From: Carcharhinus longimanus
Taxonomy: Eukaryota
NCBI GenBank assembly: GCA_030264375.1
Contig: JASCQW010000027.1
Coordinates: 51,233,723 to 51,297,722 of the forward strand
Direction of reading: 5' to 3'
Length of the DNA: 64,000 nucleotides
The notes under the pieces are model-generated. The model did no database searches. It worked only from the letters and a program-made list of their open reading frames with translations, and had not been told where the DNA came from. Position 1 is the first letter of the stretch; every line of letters begins with the position of its first letter. Shown piece after piece: positions 12,685-25,147 of this stretch. The translations under genes and the position numbers were made by a program.

Positions 12685-12972
12685 GTTTATTTATTAGCCA
12701 CAAGTAATCAAATTAACATTGCAATGAAGTTACTGGGAAAATTCCCTTGTCGCCACACTTCGGTGCCTGTTCAGGTACACGGAGAAAGAATTTAGCGTGG
12801 CCAGTGCACCTAACCAGCACGTCTTTGGACTGTGGAAGGAAACTGGAGCCCGTGGAGGAAACCCATGCAGACATGGGGAAAAAGCGCAGACTCCATACAG
12901 ACGATAACCCAAGCTGGGAATCAAACCCGCATCCGTAGTGTTGTGAGGCAGCAGTGCTAATCATTGTGCCAG
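12685..12972 (-). mobile_element. HE1-like V-SINE (tail type 2)
   Basis: Homologous to 776-1075. Confidence 0.9.
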
Positions 12973-13339
12973 CTTATTTGTTGTCCATAAGAACAGACAG
13001 CAAATTAATTCGCCTGGCAGAAGTCACCAGTTGCCCAGAAATATATTGCAGTAGGCCTCATCAGCTTGCTTACTGTCAAAATTCAAATAAGAAGGGTGAC
13101 TACAGGAATAGGATATTGGAGGTCTAATATCCTCAGATCTTTACTCATTGGGTCAGCACCTCTAGTAGAAAAAGAGGTTGGGGGATGCTGGGAGAATTGA
13201 GAAGTTTTGACTTTAACCATAAAATTTGTTAGTTAGCAGGCCTTGGTTTTGACTATCAGACTTGTTTAAGTTGATGGGCTTTCTTCTTCATTTTAAATTG
13301 TACACTTATATCTTCATTTTGTGTTTTACTTCACCACAG

Positions 13340-13483
13340 ATCCTCTTGTATGGTGACCTCCATGGCCACAGTCGAAAACCTAATGCTTTCATGTATGGCT
13401 GCAGCCAGACAGGATCCATGCGTCCATTTGAAATTCTTGACTACCTCAGAGAGAGAATATTTCCATGGCTGATCTCCCAGAGA
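13340..13483 (+). CDS. CCP exon D: ILLYGDLHGHSRKPNAFMYGCSQTGSMRPFEILDYLRERIFPWLISQR
   Basis: Acceptor ttcaccacag, donor AGA|gtaact. DxHGHSRK carries the third zinc ligand. 144 nt, phase 0-0. Confidence 0.95.
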
Positions 13484-13929
13484 GTAACTCAGAATGGATT
13501 CTTGCTGTTGTATTTTAACCTAATTGCAGGCGCTTTTATATTGGCCTCCTTTCATGTTTATTGGCAGGAGCCTGGTGTGTGTGAACAATGGCTCCCAGTA
13601 TATGTACTGTTAAACCTGTTTCGTACATCAACAGCAGGCTTTGTAAATTGAGTTATAAAATGGCCAGATGCTCTTGAGATTGTGTGTTCTGAAGCACAGG
13701 ACTGTGGTGGTCGGCTGAAATTCCCTGATAAACTCTTAAGGTTCATGAAAACTGGGAAAATCCTGCTTTAACAGGTCTTTCACGACATCATTCCCAGCAG
13801 CCTTCCACTGAGTTGCAGCTAGTCACAAGAGACCATTGTTTCAGAATCTAGCTTTGGGATCTGGAGTGTAAGCACTAGATTTGGAAACTGGAGTGTAAGA
13901 AGACCAAACTAAATGACCCCTTTCTCTCA

Positions 13930-14300
13930 TTTAGAGGTCTGCAAAATTATGAGAAGCATATATAGGGTGTATGGTCAGAGGCTTTTTCTCAGGATGGAAA
14001 GGTCAATTACAAGGGGGCACAGGTTCAAGGTGAGAGATAGTAAGTTTAGGGGAAATGTGTGGGGAAAAATTTTTCACACAGAGGGTGATGGGTGCTTGGA
14101 ACGCACTACCAGTGGAGGTGGTGGAAGCAGGCATGTTAACAATGTTCAAGGCATATCTTCCTAGACACATGGGCGGGAGAGAAACAAAGGGAAAAAACCG
14201 TGTTTGGGCAATAAGTAATGGGTCTAAATATGGATTCGGAATTGGCACAGCCTTAGTGGGCTGTGGGGTCTGTTCCTGTGCTGTATTGTTCTTTATTCTT
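13930..14300 (+). mobile_element. CR1-type LINE 3' fragment
   Basis: TRGHRFKVR..KF and FFTQRVMGAWNALP.EVVEAG peptides. Confidence 0.9.
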
Positions 14301-16448
14301 TCACCTCTAGAAATTACACTAGCTATTTATTCATTTGGTTAGGTAGATCATGGATCCCACATCCTTTTTTGCATCAATCTGTTTTAACATTAGTCAACAA
14401 CTGGGTCAACAGATGCTGCCTGACAGCTGCAAACTTCCAACATTTTCTTTTTGCTTGAGACCATCACCTGGCAAAAGATGGCCAAAAGAAATCACTTCAG
14501 ATTTGTATTGATCTCTACAAGAAGGGTGTTGGAATTCAGGTTATCATTGTCAATTAGCCCTTTAACTGCTTAATCCAAAATGATTTGAAATAATACACCT
14601 TATTGGTGATGGTGGTTCTATTTAATCCGTATAAGTAAGACTTGGCACATCTTGAGCAGTAACATCAAAGCTCAACTGTGTTGCCAATAAGGTCTAGATA
14701 GAGGTGTCATTTCTATGTCCCCAGTCAACAGTTTTTACTGTTTGGTCAACGAAGGCCCAAACCACAATTCCCGTATACTATTGCATCAGTCAATGTTGCA
14801 CATCTCTACAATTTCTGTGCTCAGGGAACCTCATGTTATACTTCCGTTACACAGCAAAGCCTATGGAGACTGATTAAACCCAATATTACTTGAACGACCA
14901 ATTACAAAAGATGTCATTTTTCCATCTACCCACTCAGGGCAGGTCAATGTCTCATGATTCCCAACCTCATTTGTTTTTTCCTACTCTCAGAGCCTTATCA
15001 GCACCTTTACACTCCAATGCCAAATTTGGCTAAAGCAAAAAAAGAAAACAGCCTTGGCTACTTGGTTATTTTGTCTCCAATTTATCCATATCTGAGCCTC
15101 TGAGACTCTGTTAAGGCGTTTATCTTTTCATACTCACACAGCGTTCTGTCTGTTTCCATGTTCTGTTAGATTTCACTTGAAGCCTACATTTTTACTGTTT
15201 GGTCAACGAAGATCCAAACACATAATTCCCATCTCATCTCTCATCTGCCCTAACCCAGGGAGTATCATGAGCAATAATTAAAAAACAAGAGTTCAATAGA
15301 AAAGGATGAGAAAAGGAGCATGGATAGAGAGATGATGGAAGAGGAGGGAAAAGGTGAAAGGAGGAGGGAATGGCAAAGGGGAAATTGGATAGGAAAGGAA
15401 GGATCAAAGATAGGGAAACTATTGCAGTGAGAGAAGGACAAGGCAACAAATTCTCAGCAGGAGGGAAGTCTAAGTGAACAATCCTTCTCTTTGACAAACA
15501 ATGAGTGATCTCCCTTGCATCCTGTAGGTCACAATTTATCTTATGATTCATCCAAGCTTATAATGGGGAATAACTAGGTAACTCGGGCAGATCTCCACCA
15601 ATTATTCCAGGTATTTCTCTCTCAGTATCCATTATCTGCCCATTTACACTCAGAGACCAAATTTGGCCCTACAAATCAAAATAGAGATTGGATAGCCAGA
15701 GATAATGGAATGAGTCTGCTCATGAGAAGATGTGGAGAGGAGGAAGTGTCTGTGTAGTTCTGGGACCGACAGGGTCACCTTGGGAAAGAGAATTAGGACC
15801 AGAAGAAGTCCATACATGCCTGGGTAAATAAAGGGTACATGAGGACAGGATTAGCTGCCTCACTCTGCTTAGAAAAATTGTTTTAAACATGGGGAAGTGG
15901 TACAAATTGCTCAATTGGAAAGTATTTTGGCAGCCTTCGATATTGAACAAAGGCTGACCTTGAGGTACTGTGAGGTTAATTAAATTTCCTACAGTGCTCT
16001 TGAAGCATGTTTTGTATAATTAAGAGCAGTTGCAGATCTGTCATCTTTGGCCAGAGTTNNNNNNNNTTTTGCAAGATCACATCCATGATGTAAAATAAGT
16101 TCGCAGCAGATTTGAAGAGCATTTTTGGAACATTTAATAGTGGCCTTTATTGAAAAAATGTCTTACAGGGAGCATCAAGCTTTTAAAACTGATCAAACAA
16201 TTGCATTAATCTTGAACAGCCCAGAGCTTTCTATATAATGTTTAATTAACACTTATGAGTTTCCAGAACCTAAGGCCAAATTAAGTTTGCAAATGTTCTT
16301 TATAATTTGGTTTAATCCAAATCCCCTCACTAAAGCATGACACATCTTTTAAATTAAATATTATTTAACAATGAAAAGTTGAATGTTTTTTTTCATTTTT
16401 GCTTTATATTGGGGACTAAACATTTTTTGTTGCATTTGGCGTTTTGAG

Positions 16449-16594
16449 GATCCAGAGAGATATGATTGGAACAGCTGCAAGTTTCATATCCATAAATGCA
16501 AAGAATCAACAGGACGTGTGGTGATGTATAGGCAACTAGGCCTCAATGACTCCTTCACCTTAGAAGCCTCATTCTCCGGAGCAGTGAAAGGACG
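16449..16594 (+). CDS. CCP exon E: DPERYDWNSCKFHIHKCKESTGRVVMYRQLGLNDSFTLEASFSGAVKG(R)
   Basis: KCKE.TGRVVM and SFTLEAS (catalytic Glu270 equivalent). Donor CG|gtaaga. The acceptor is an uncommon ttttgag. Confidence 0.93.
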
Positions 16595-17003
16595 GTAAGA
16601 TAGTCACAGTGCCATGCATGGATCGCACATTTCTAAATATAACAGTACATATAATTATTATATATATATATATAAATTTTAAAAACACAGGAGGGTAAAT
16701 TCAGTGATCACAGGAAGTTCAGGACAGAAAGCTAGATGACAACTTTGCAAACATGAGCTTCTGCTAAGAGCACAGGGGGATAGATGACTTCACCCTTGAG
16801 TAACAAAGTGAAGTATCGCACCAGAGCACATTGGTAGGCCAGTGTAATAGTCTGCTGAAGAAGGATGTTTATACAGCCCCTGGAGGCTAAGATCTGTCCT
16901 CCAGGGCAGGAAGAAGAATTGGAGGACTTAACACAGTAAGTTAATCAACAGATAGTTGGCAAAGGAGTGGGGCCAGGGCTTCTTGCCTGAGCTCTTTGCA
17001 AGT

Positions 17004-17095
17004 CATGATGTGGGTATGCCGGCGTTGGACTGGCGTAAACACAGTAAAAAGTAAAAAAAAACACAGTAAAACCTGGTGTTGTCAGACTTTTTACT
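17004..17095. mobile_element. 92-bp Penelope-like (family A) insertion with 12-bp target duplication
   Basis: ctctttgcaagt at 16992-17003 and 17096-17107; the insert is homologous to 34628-34705. Confidence 0.8.
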
Positions 17096-18015
17096 CTCTT
17101 TGCAAGTGCCATAGAGGTTTAAATTAAGTGAGGTTTATTTCAGCTACTTTTCAATACATTTTTTCAATACCCAGCTACTTTTAGTCTCGCAGGGCTAATA
17201 CATTCTTCCATCAATCCTTTCTGGAGAAGGATTCCTTTTGTGCTTAAGTATTGCATTCTTGGGCTGCTAATTTGGAACCTGTCCAATGAAAAACTAGTTA
17301 GACTTTTAAAGTTTCCAATCTCAAAATGGCAGACAAAGAGGTGATGTTCCAGGCTGCAAAATGAAACTTAACTCCAGTCCTTTGCCCCTCCACGACCCAC
17401 AGGACTGACATTTGTTTGTATAGATTTTGAATGGTTAGAAAGTGGTAGTAATCAATTTTGATTAATTCTCCAGAAAATCTTGACGCTTTCATTATTTTAC
17501 AGGAGGAAAGGAGAGGTAAAGAGGCCAGAGTAGATGGACTGAAAAAGTGATGGAGAGTAAGGAAGAAACTGGAATACAGGGCCTCTTGATTTTTTTTGTT
17601 TATACGGACAGGATCTAATTTCTTGTGCTGTTTTGTGTAAATATAGGACCTCCTTGGCAGGAGTCTTATTGTTATGTGTCAGAGTACCTCATTTTCTTGT
17701 GGAAGGCGGTGGGTGGACCCTTTTTTTGTCTGTGTGGAGCTACCCACACTTTTTGCATATGGGATGGGGGTTTATTTATGTGGGCTAGATCTATGTGTCA
17801 TTATATGATTTGGGGAAGGATATCCTGGCCCATAATTTCAAATGGTTAGACATCTCTCACCCAGAGGAGAAGGAAGAAGATCATGGAGACATCGTGGCTC
17901 TGCGAAGGGGGGCGGTTGAAAATCTCAACGCAATCTGCCACCACGCTCATATGACTTATAGGAAAACTCTCACATTGCAATTTCCATTTCTGACATGTGT
18001 TTCTTGTTTCTTCAG

Positions 18016-18114
18016 ACTTGCTGTGCGCCATTTCAATATAAACGATTATATGTCAATTGGAAAAACATTCTGTGAGGGCATTATGGACTATATCAGTCTG
18101 GAAGAAAATCCCTT
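18016..18114 (+). CDS. CCP exon F: LAVRHFNINDYMSIGKTFCEGIMDYISLEENP(L)
   Basis: Acceptor tttcttcag, donor TT|gtaagt. HF...D..S.G...C...D matches the last helix of the CCP2/3 catalytic domain. Phase 2-2. Confidence 0.92.
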
Positions 18115-18209
18115 GTAAGTTCTAGAATTTATAACTGGTTTTAACTCACTACAAAAATGTAGAGGTCAAAGGGCAGATTTTCTTACCCCAGCCCTTGCCA
18201 TAATGCTGG

Positions 18210-18350
18210 ATATCCATGAATGCAAAGAATCAACATGGCATGTGGCATGAGACAGCTAGGCCCCAATGATTCCTTCACCTAAGAAGCTTCATTCTCAGGA
18301 GTAGTAAAAGCGTAAGATCATCACTGTGCCTTTAATGGACCTCACTGTTT
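18210..18350 (+). pseudogene. Decayed intronic duplicate of the 3' part of CCP exon E plus its donor site
   Basis: Aligns by eye with about 16486-16632 (tatccat.aatgcaaagaatcaaca...ctaggcc.caatga.tccttcacct.agaagc.tcattctc.ggag.agt.aaag...gtaagat). Contains indels and a TTA>TAA change. Confidence 0.85.
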
Positions 18351-18914
18351 TTCCCCAAACTCAAGTGCACCAAACTCAACACTCCCCTGGACCATGTACA
18401 TAGCTTCCTCAGCTAAAGAAGGCCCTAGCAGCTGAGGATCAAGAAAAGAAAGAATGGCAGATCTCTTGAACCAGCAATTGCATATTGGGCTTCAACAGTG
18501 AAAAGTTCTTAAATAAATTTTAACGCCTTGAAGCTTGGTGGCATTGCAGGAGGTGAGGATATGGGGATTGCAAAGAGGTGTAGGAATTTACAGAAGTTCA
18601 CTGATCTGGAAATCTTCAGTCTACCCCTGAGGAAAAGCTGGTTAGTTAAATTCTGGCGGTAGACTATGACATCATGCTGTTTGGGTGCATTTGCACTGCC
18701 CTACAGGCAGTAATGTAGGGAACTGAGAAATGAGGGCTGGAACACCAGCTTCCATCTCATTAACATACATCCATTAATGAACCTACACTCACTATTGGTG
18801 CAAGCCAAAATCAGACTGTCACCAGCCAAGAAAGCCCAACTAATCACTGTGCCAATGTAAAACAGTTCAGGCATTGATGGGGGGAGCGCTGCTGGAAAGC
18901 TGAATTCTAATGTC

Positions 18915-18915
18915 G

Positions 18916-18957
<42 letters not shown>

Positions 18958-19160
18958 CTCTCTCTCTCTCTTACACACACGTTTCCCTCTCTCACACACA
19001 GGCCACACTCTCTCCTACACCCACTCACCTCTCTCTTATGCACACACTAATCCTGCTTGCATGAATGGGGGGCAAGCTAATTTGGGGTAATCCAATCACC
19101 TTTCTCTCTCTTACACGCACACACGTCCTCTCTTAAACGCACAAACCCTTATCCCTCTCT
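18915..19160. repeat. Compound (CA)n/(CT)n microsatellite
   Basis: Directly visible. Confidence 0.95.
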
Positions 19161-19299
19161 TCCAAATGCCAGTGATTCCTGTTCACTCTGCTTTCCTCCT
19201 TTCCATCTTCTCACTCCTACCATCTGATGGCTGTTTTCCCTGTCACTTCTGTGCGTGCTTCTCATCATTCTGTTCTCCAATCTCGCTGTCACAGTTGTT

Positions 19300-19460
19300 G
19301 GCACCCCCGATCACTCCACTAGCCCAACCACTCCACACTCCGCTGTCCCCATCACTCCACTCTCCACTTTTCCTGTCACTCTGCTGTCCATTCTCCCCAT
19401 CACTCTATTCTCCCTGTCATTCCATTCTCCCCATCTCTGCACTCTCCCCATTCATTGTAT
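19300..19460. repeat. Degenerate pyrimidine-rich minisatellite (ccccatcactccact / cctgtcact units)
   Basis: Repeated units are visible. Confidence 0.6.
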
Positions 19461-19718
19461 TGTCAGCTTTCATTTTATTTTTTTTGAGCTGCATTCTTCC
19501 TTGTTATAGAGATGAGAAATGTTACTGTCACGTTAATGTCTTTTAATTCCAGTTATAATATAAATATTATATTATTGCTAAATAACATATTTTCCAATTA
19601 TGCATAAATATTTCCTGGCAGACTTGCAACTTTGAGACAAGGCCATAATTCTCTGTCATGATGAACTGCTAATATGTTAATAGTCAAGATTTAATCCTCT
19701 GCTAATTTGTTTTTGTAG

Positions 19719-19864
19719 GAAACTTAATGAAGTAATTCTGAATTTGACGAATTCGATAACAAGAAATCAAAGAAGGGACAGCACTCCTACAGTCAATTCA
19801 GACTTCAGTTTGTTTGCAGAAGAAGATAAAGGACAGAAATATGGATCAACTAGTTCAGATTCTG
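19719..19864 (+). CDS. CCP exon G (C-terminal tail): KLNEVILNLTNSITRNQRRDSTPTVNSDFSLFAEEDKGQKYGSTSSDS
   Basis: Acceptor tttttgtag, donor G|gtaaat. Open in the phase required by exon F. Confidence 0.8.
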
Positions 19865-20612
19865 GTAAATTATAGAACAATAGTGTATTAAATACACTCC
19901 AGTTGTAGTCATGCTTAAGCAATTTCTTTACTTTTGGATTTAATAGAACTACAGGTGTTAGACATGGTTGAGAACTAGGAATACTTGTACAGAAATAATA
20001 GAAGTGGCTGTAAAATACTTCTATATCTCATCACAATTTCTATGTACAAAGGTGAAATATTACAAACGTTGAAAATCTGAAATCAAAACACAAAAATCTG
20101 GAAATACTCAGCTGTTCTGGCAACTTCAATGGAGAGAGGAACAGGTTTAGCTTTTCAGATTGATGATCTTTTTATTGAGTACTTCCAGCAGAAACCTTAG
20201 GGATGATTCTCTGAGCCCATACTGCTCTGCTAGATCGACGCTGGCATATCGGCACATGTGCAGTGGGAAAAGGCCCTGCTCACTGATTTTCAGTGTGAAT
20301 CTTGCTAGGGCACTCTGCAGTGCTCAGAGTGTGGGAGATTCATTTTGAAAATAACTTTGAGATTCATTTGAAAATATCGCCGGGATTTAATCCAGTTTTC
20401 ACACAAATTCAGCACTTACAATTTTTTTGGGAAAGTTGTCCCCCCCTTTTCTATTTATTTCAATTTGTTCTCGCTTGCCTTATTTTTGGTCTATTAAACT
20501 TCAGTTGTATTTAAATAGCTCCTTTTTATATACAAACTGTTAACATATAGCAACAGCCTTTTTATGCAGGCTGGACATTGTACATTTTAAAGAGATTCTT
20601 CCATGTCTTGAG

Positions 20613-21656
20613 TACCTGATCTCAAAAATGACTTCTTCTGCACTCTTCCCTATGGCAATGAGAAACACATTAGCTTGCGTTGAGGTAGAAATGCTCATTT
20701 TATTACAATTATTAAGTTTTTTAAGTTTGTTAGATTATAGAACTGTGCCTTTAAATTTAAGGTTAAAAATGAAGGGGGTCATGTGATCAGCTCTGAAGCT
20801 TGCTTCACATGGGCCTGGGACAGTTCAGGATCAAAGAGAGAAGATGATGCAAAGTATTCAGGATTGGAGACAATACATTTGTCTCTGAATTCATAAAAGG
20901 TAGACTCTGAGGGCTAATTCTCCCATCTGGGTTCAGGCCCGGGGGCATGGTCGAGTACAGGGAGTGTTTCTCACTACGGAGGGCCACGGGAAACCATTCC
21001 ATATATTCCGTCCCTGACATAATTCATTTTGCATCCTCTTCTGTGGTAGGGCAGGGAGGTTGGGACAAATCCTGCCTTTAGACCTAGGTTCCATATTGAT
21101 CCATATCACTGACCACCATTGAAGAAAGAAGATGGACTTCCAGGAACATTCTGAAGCTGGAAGATGGATCTCCTCAAAGACACTGAAGCTGGAAGATCCA
21201 ACTGAAAGATGCTTCCCCCAACTATTGATGTGATGCTCCAGGGTTCAGGCTTATTGGTGGCCTTGGTCTTAAACTCCAAAGGCAGCTGTTGGCCTTCTTC
21301 AGATGATTTCTAACTTTACCACACCATGTTGGTTCAGACATCAGAAGATCGCACTGTAAATTCATGCAGGTGTGAAACCAATCCTTGGACCTCCTGCTAA
21401 GTTCTCCTCCCCTGCACCCCCTCCTCCTCCAGAATGAACCCACTTGCAGAGGCATGGGAGAATTCTGACCTGAGTCTCCCAAAGTTTCAGGAAGGTGTTG
21501 AAAGTATCATGCATTAAATGACTATCTATTTACTTCCAAGATGGAAAAGGGTTGGGGCTAAGAATAGATAATGAGCATTTCTACCTCAATGCAAGCTAAT
21601 GTGTTTCTCATTGCCATAGGGAAGAGTGCAGGAGAAGTCATTTTTGAGATCAGGTA
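20613..21656. repeat. 87-bp inverted repeat (arms 20613-20699 and 21570-21656)
   Basis: The arms are reverse complements with 2 mismatches by manual comparison. Confidence 0.9.
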
Positions 21657-21849
21657 ACAGGCTTCCCTATTAATCAAAGAATACCACAGCCAGATAGCAA
21701 TTATGTGTGGTCAGCAGAGAGAAGAGGCTGCATGGCTTTGCAAACTACTTTCGCCAGATATGGGAGGCAAATGAACTCTAGTTGAAGAGATGCATCCCAT
21801 AACAGTCTAAATATTCAAAGAGATGTGCTCTGTTCAGGACAGATTAGAG

Positions 21850-22120
21850 AGGCAAGGTAGCACAGTGGTTAGCACTGCTGCTTCACAACACCAGGGACTC
21901 AGATTCAATTCCCCTCTTGGGTCACTGTCAGTGTAGAGTTTGCATGTTCTCCCTGTGTCTATGTGGATTTCCTCTGGGTGCTCCAGTTTCCTCCTACATT
22001 CTGAAAGATGTACTGGTTAGATGCATTGGCCTGAACAGGCGCCAGAATGTGGCAACTATGGGAATTTCACGGTAACTTCATTGCAGTGTTAATGTAAGCA
22101 TTACTTGTGACTAATAAAAA
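21850..22120 (+). mobile_element. HE1-like V-SINE (tail type 2)
   Basis: ggtagcacagtggttagcactgctgc head and V-domain. Confidence 0.9.
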
Positions 22121-23524
22121 AAATGTAATGANNNNNNNNNNNNNNNNNNNNNNNNNNNNNNNNNNNNNNNNNNNNNNNNNNNNNNNNNNNNNNNNNNNNN
22201 NNNNNNNNNNNNNNNNNNNNNNNNNNNNNNNGTGTTAATGTAAGCATTACTTGTGACTAATAAAAAAAATGTAATGATCGTGATGAGCTTTACTTTTAGT
22301 CAGTTTAGGAAATCAAAAAACTAAGGAAAGTCCCTGAAAGTGGTCACTGGGAGTTATTGCCTAGCAAAATGGGGAAATACAACCTCATTGGAAACTGGTA
22401 GAAACTGTGGACTGGTTGTAATAAGAACTCTAATTGCATGGAGAGTGGGTGATAAGTATAAAAGAGGGCATTCCTTTTCATAGTTTAAAATATAAGTTGC
22501 CCACAAAGGAAAAGTAGTGTTTGGTCGATAATGTTTTTAGTCATTTATTACAGTAAAATTCTGAAAGCATGATATCAAGTGTCATCCTTTTCAAATATGT
22601 ACTGGAAGTTCAAATGCCTTTTCAAATGTTATCAGTCTCTATGGGATCATAACAGCTTTAAAAGATTCAACATTATGATTCTTTCCACTTTATTCTTAGA
22701 TCATGTTCTTCAAGAATCTTTTCTATACTTTGTAAGAAATAAAGAGCTGGCAACTAATGATCAGTCCATAATGATTCAGCTTAAGAGACTGCTACTATCA
22801 AGCTGGATTCAAGAAATATAACTGATGGTAGTTGAAAGATTGGGGAATTGAGAACAATCAGTAGCAGCACAAGCTTTGAAATGTTGGTCAAGAATGTTCT
22901 AACCGCCAAAAATGACATTTTCATCAATGGTTACATCAAGAAGTGACAGGGAAAACCATTTGTTGTTGATCAGAGAAATGATCAGCAGAAGCAAGTTCCA
23001 TTTTTATCAGAATGATATTGCCCTCTAGAGGACATTGGTAGACTTTGATGCAGTTTTCATCGTTAGAATCTGGGCTAACAAAAACAAAAGTTTGTCAAAA
23101 TGTTTTTTTTCCATACTGACAGTGTCAGTGTAATTGTTTTTGGCAGTTTCTGCAAGCTCTAGGCTTATTCACTGACCTGTGAATGACAACCTAAATCACT
23201 CCATTCCTGCTGTTCATAAAATGAACAGCAAGAACTGAGAGAAAGATGAAAACTATAGGGTGCTTGATGGTAGATTTAGGCTTATTTTGAACTAAATTTA
23301 GCTACAGGCATTTCTGTACTGTGAATATTGATGAGCAAAGTGATATCAAACAGCAAGTTCCTTCCCACATAACTATGCGTTTTGTTAGCAATTATTCCAT
23401 GGGTGGGCCGTCTTTCTTTTCAGCAGGGATCTGGTGTTCATTTGAAAATGCACACAATTCAAAACTGTGAAATTTTTCTACATTTAAACATCTGAAGTAT
23501 CTGAATTAGAATTCTCTGAGTCTC

Positions 23525-24070
23525 AGCCATGACTCAGTTGGTTGCATTCTCACATTTTGAGTCACAAGGTTCTGGGTTAAGTCCGACTGCAGGACTTGAG
23601 TGTAAACATCAAGGTTAATATCCTTCTGTTGTGCTATGAAAGAGTGCTGCACAGTCGGGGGTGCTGTCTTTTGGAATAGCTGTTAAATCTAGGACCCATC
23701 TGCCTGACTGGATGAACGTATGGAACGATATTGAAGATTTGGCTTGTTATCCCCGGTGCCCTGGCCATTATCCTTCAATCAAGAAAAACCAGCTCTGACC
23801 AAGGGTCATGCTAACTTGAAACATTAGCTCTGTTCACTCTCCACAGATTCTGTCAAACCTACTGAAATTTTTCAGCATTTTCTGTTTTTGTTTCAGATTC
23901 CAGCACCCACAGCATTGTGCCTTTATCACAAAAATGGATTATCTGGTCATCACCACATTGTCGTTTGTGGGAGTTTACATTGTGCAAATTAGCTGTCAAG
24001 TTTTTTAACATTACAACAAGGCCTGTACTTCACAAATATTTCACTGGCTGTAAAGTGTTTTGAGCAGCCT
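23525..24070 (+). mobile_element. Deu-domain SINE (SacSINE1/AmnSINE1-like) with a nested family B insertion at about 23791-23925
   Basis: tRNA-like head, then gagtgctgcacagtcgggggtgctgtcttttgga...gttaaa Deu-like core. A second copy lies at about 48868-49360. Confidence 0.7.
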
Positions 24071-25147
24071 AATGGTTATATAACGCATGTTTTTTTTCTT
24101 TTTCCACATTCGGCCCCAGAATGTGATTTCACTCTGGCTGGCATGTTAACATGCAGCCAACCTGTAACGAGTGCTGGGAAAGGCTCCGCATGGCTGGGGA
24201 GGGTAGGAAGAGGGCGGATGCTGAGAAAAGGGAGGGTGCAGACTGGCTCTTCAAATGTGCTCCTTCAGGGGAGCCGCCGCCGTGAAATGGTGTCAGGGAG
24301 ATGCAGACCTGTAAACATTACATTGCCATGGAAAAAACTACGCAAATGTGTGTAGGCAGCACATCCAAACACAAAACTCAGTCCCCAGACACCTTTAAAA
24401 ATTTTATTGCAGCCCTGACATTTCATCCAACGCTGGGTGGAGGTTGAATCTAAAATGTAAACACCGCCTGACCCGCCAACTATAAAAGCAGATGGGCCAG
24501 ATAAGATTGTGTTCAACTGGTACTTTAATGGGCTTAATTGCCCACTTGCTTGTTGACAGGCTCACTTCTGATATTTGCACATGCCCCTTGACCAAAATAT
24601 TGCCCGAATGCATGATGTTGTCGGGAAGTGCACTCAACAACTTCTCACGCACACCTGCCTGAGCAATGTAAAATTGTGGCTACTGTGTCTTTCTTCTTCA
24701 TTGTAAATTGTAGCATAATTAATGGATTATTCATAACCTGTTTTCTCCCTTCCTTTACTTTTATTATCAGCCAGGCCACACAGCATGCCACAGCCAAGTG
24801 TAACTGACCTGGTCCTGGGCTTCTGGGAGTCACAACTATAAATCAAGATACATGAATGAGGATTCTGGAGTCTCCCCACTTGTGTTTCTGTCCTTTGCAA
24901 AGCAGATTGTCTGTTTAGTATATCTCACCTGAGATTCGGAGGTAGTGTTTTGGAGATACGCATTATATGGGTGAATCTCTGACCATAGGTGGTGGTCCTC
25001 CCAACATGATATTTTTTCTATTAAATGAGGATGAAGCACTGGAGTTTCTGGGGTGACACAAAACTGACGATACTGGGGAAGAAAAGGTAGAAGGGCCAGT
25101 CCCAGTGGTTGGTATGTCCTGAGCATCTGTACCTTCCCTGTTTCCTT

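Noticed and set aside
15295-15470. Purine-rich tract giving a Pro/Ser/Phe-rich minus-strand ORF
   Set aside because: Low-complexity sequence with no splice or homology support.
22086-22277. Identical 46-bp sequence on both sides of a 100-N gap
   Set aside because: Most simply an unmerged contig overlap (assembly artefact), not a real tandem duplication.
22700-22731. Possible extra CCP micro-exon (ttcttag...gtaaga)
   Set aside because: It would shift the phase between exons G and H, and there is no supporting homology.
24771-24840. Strong acceptor-like site tttacttttattatcag
   Set aside because: Stops occur in all three frames shortly downstream and there is no convincing donor.
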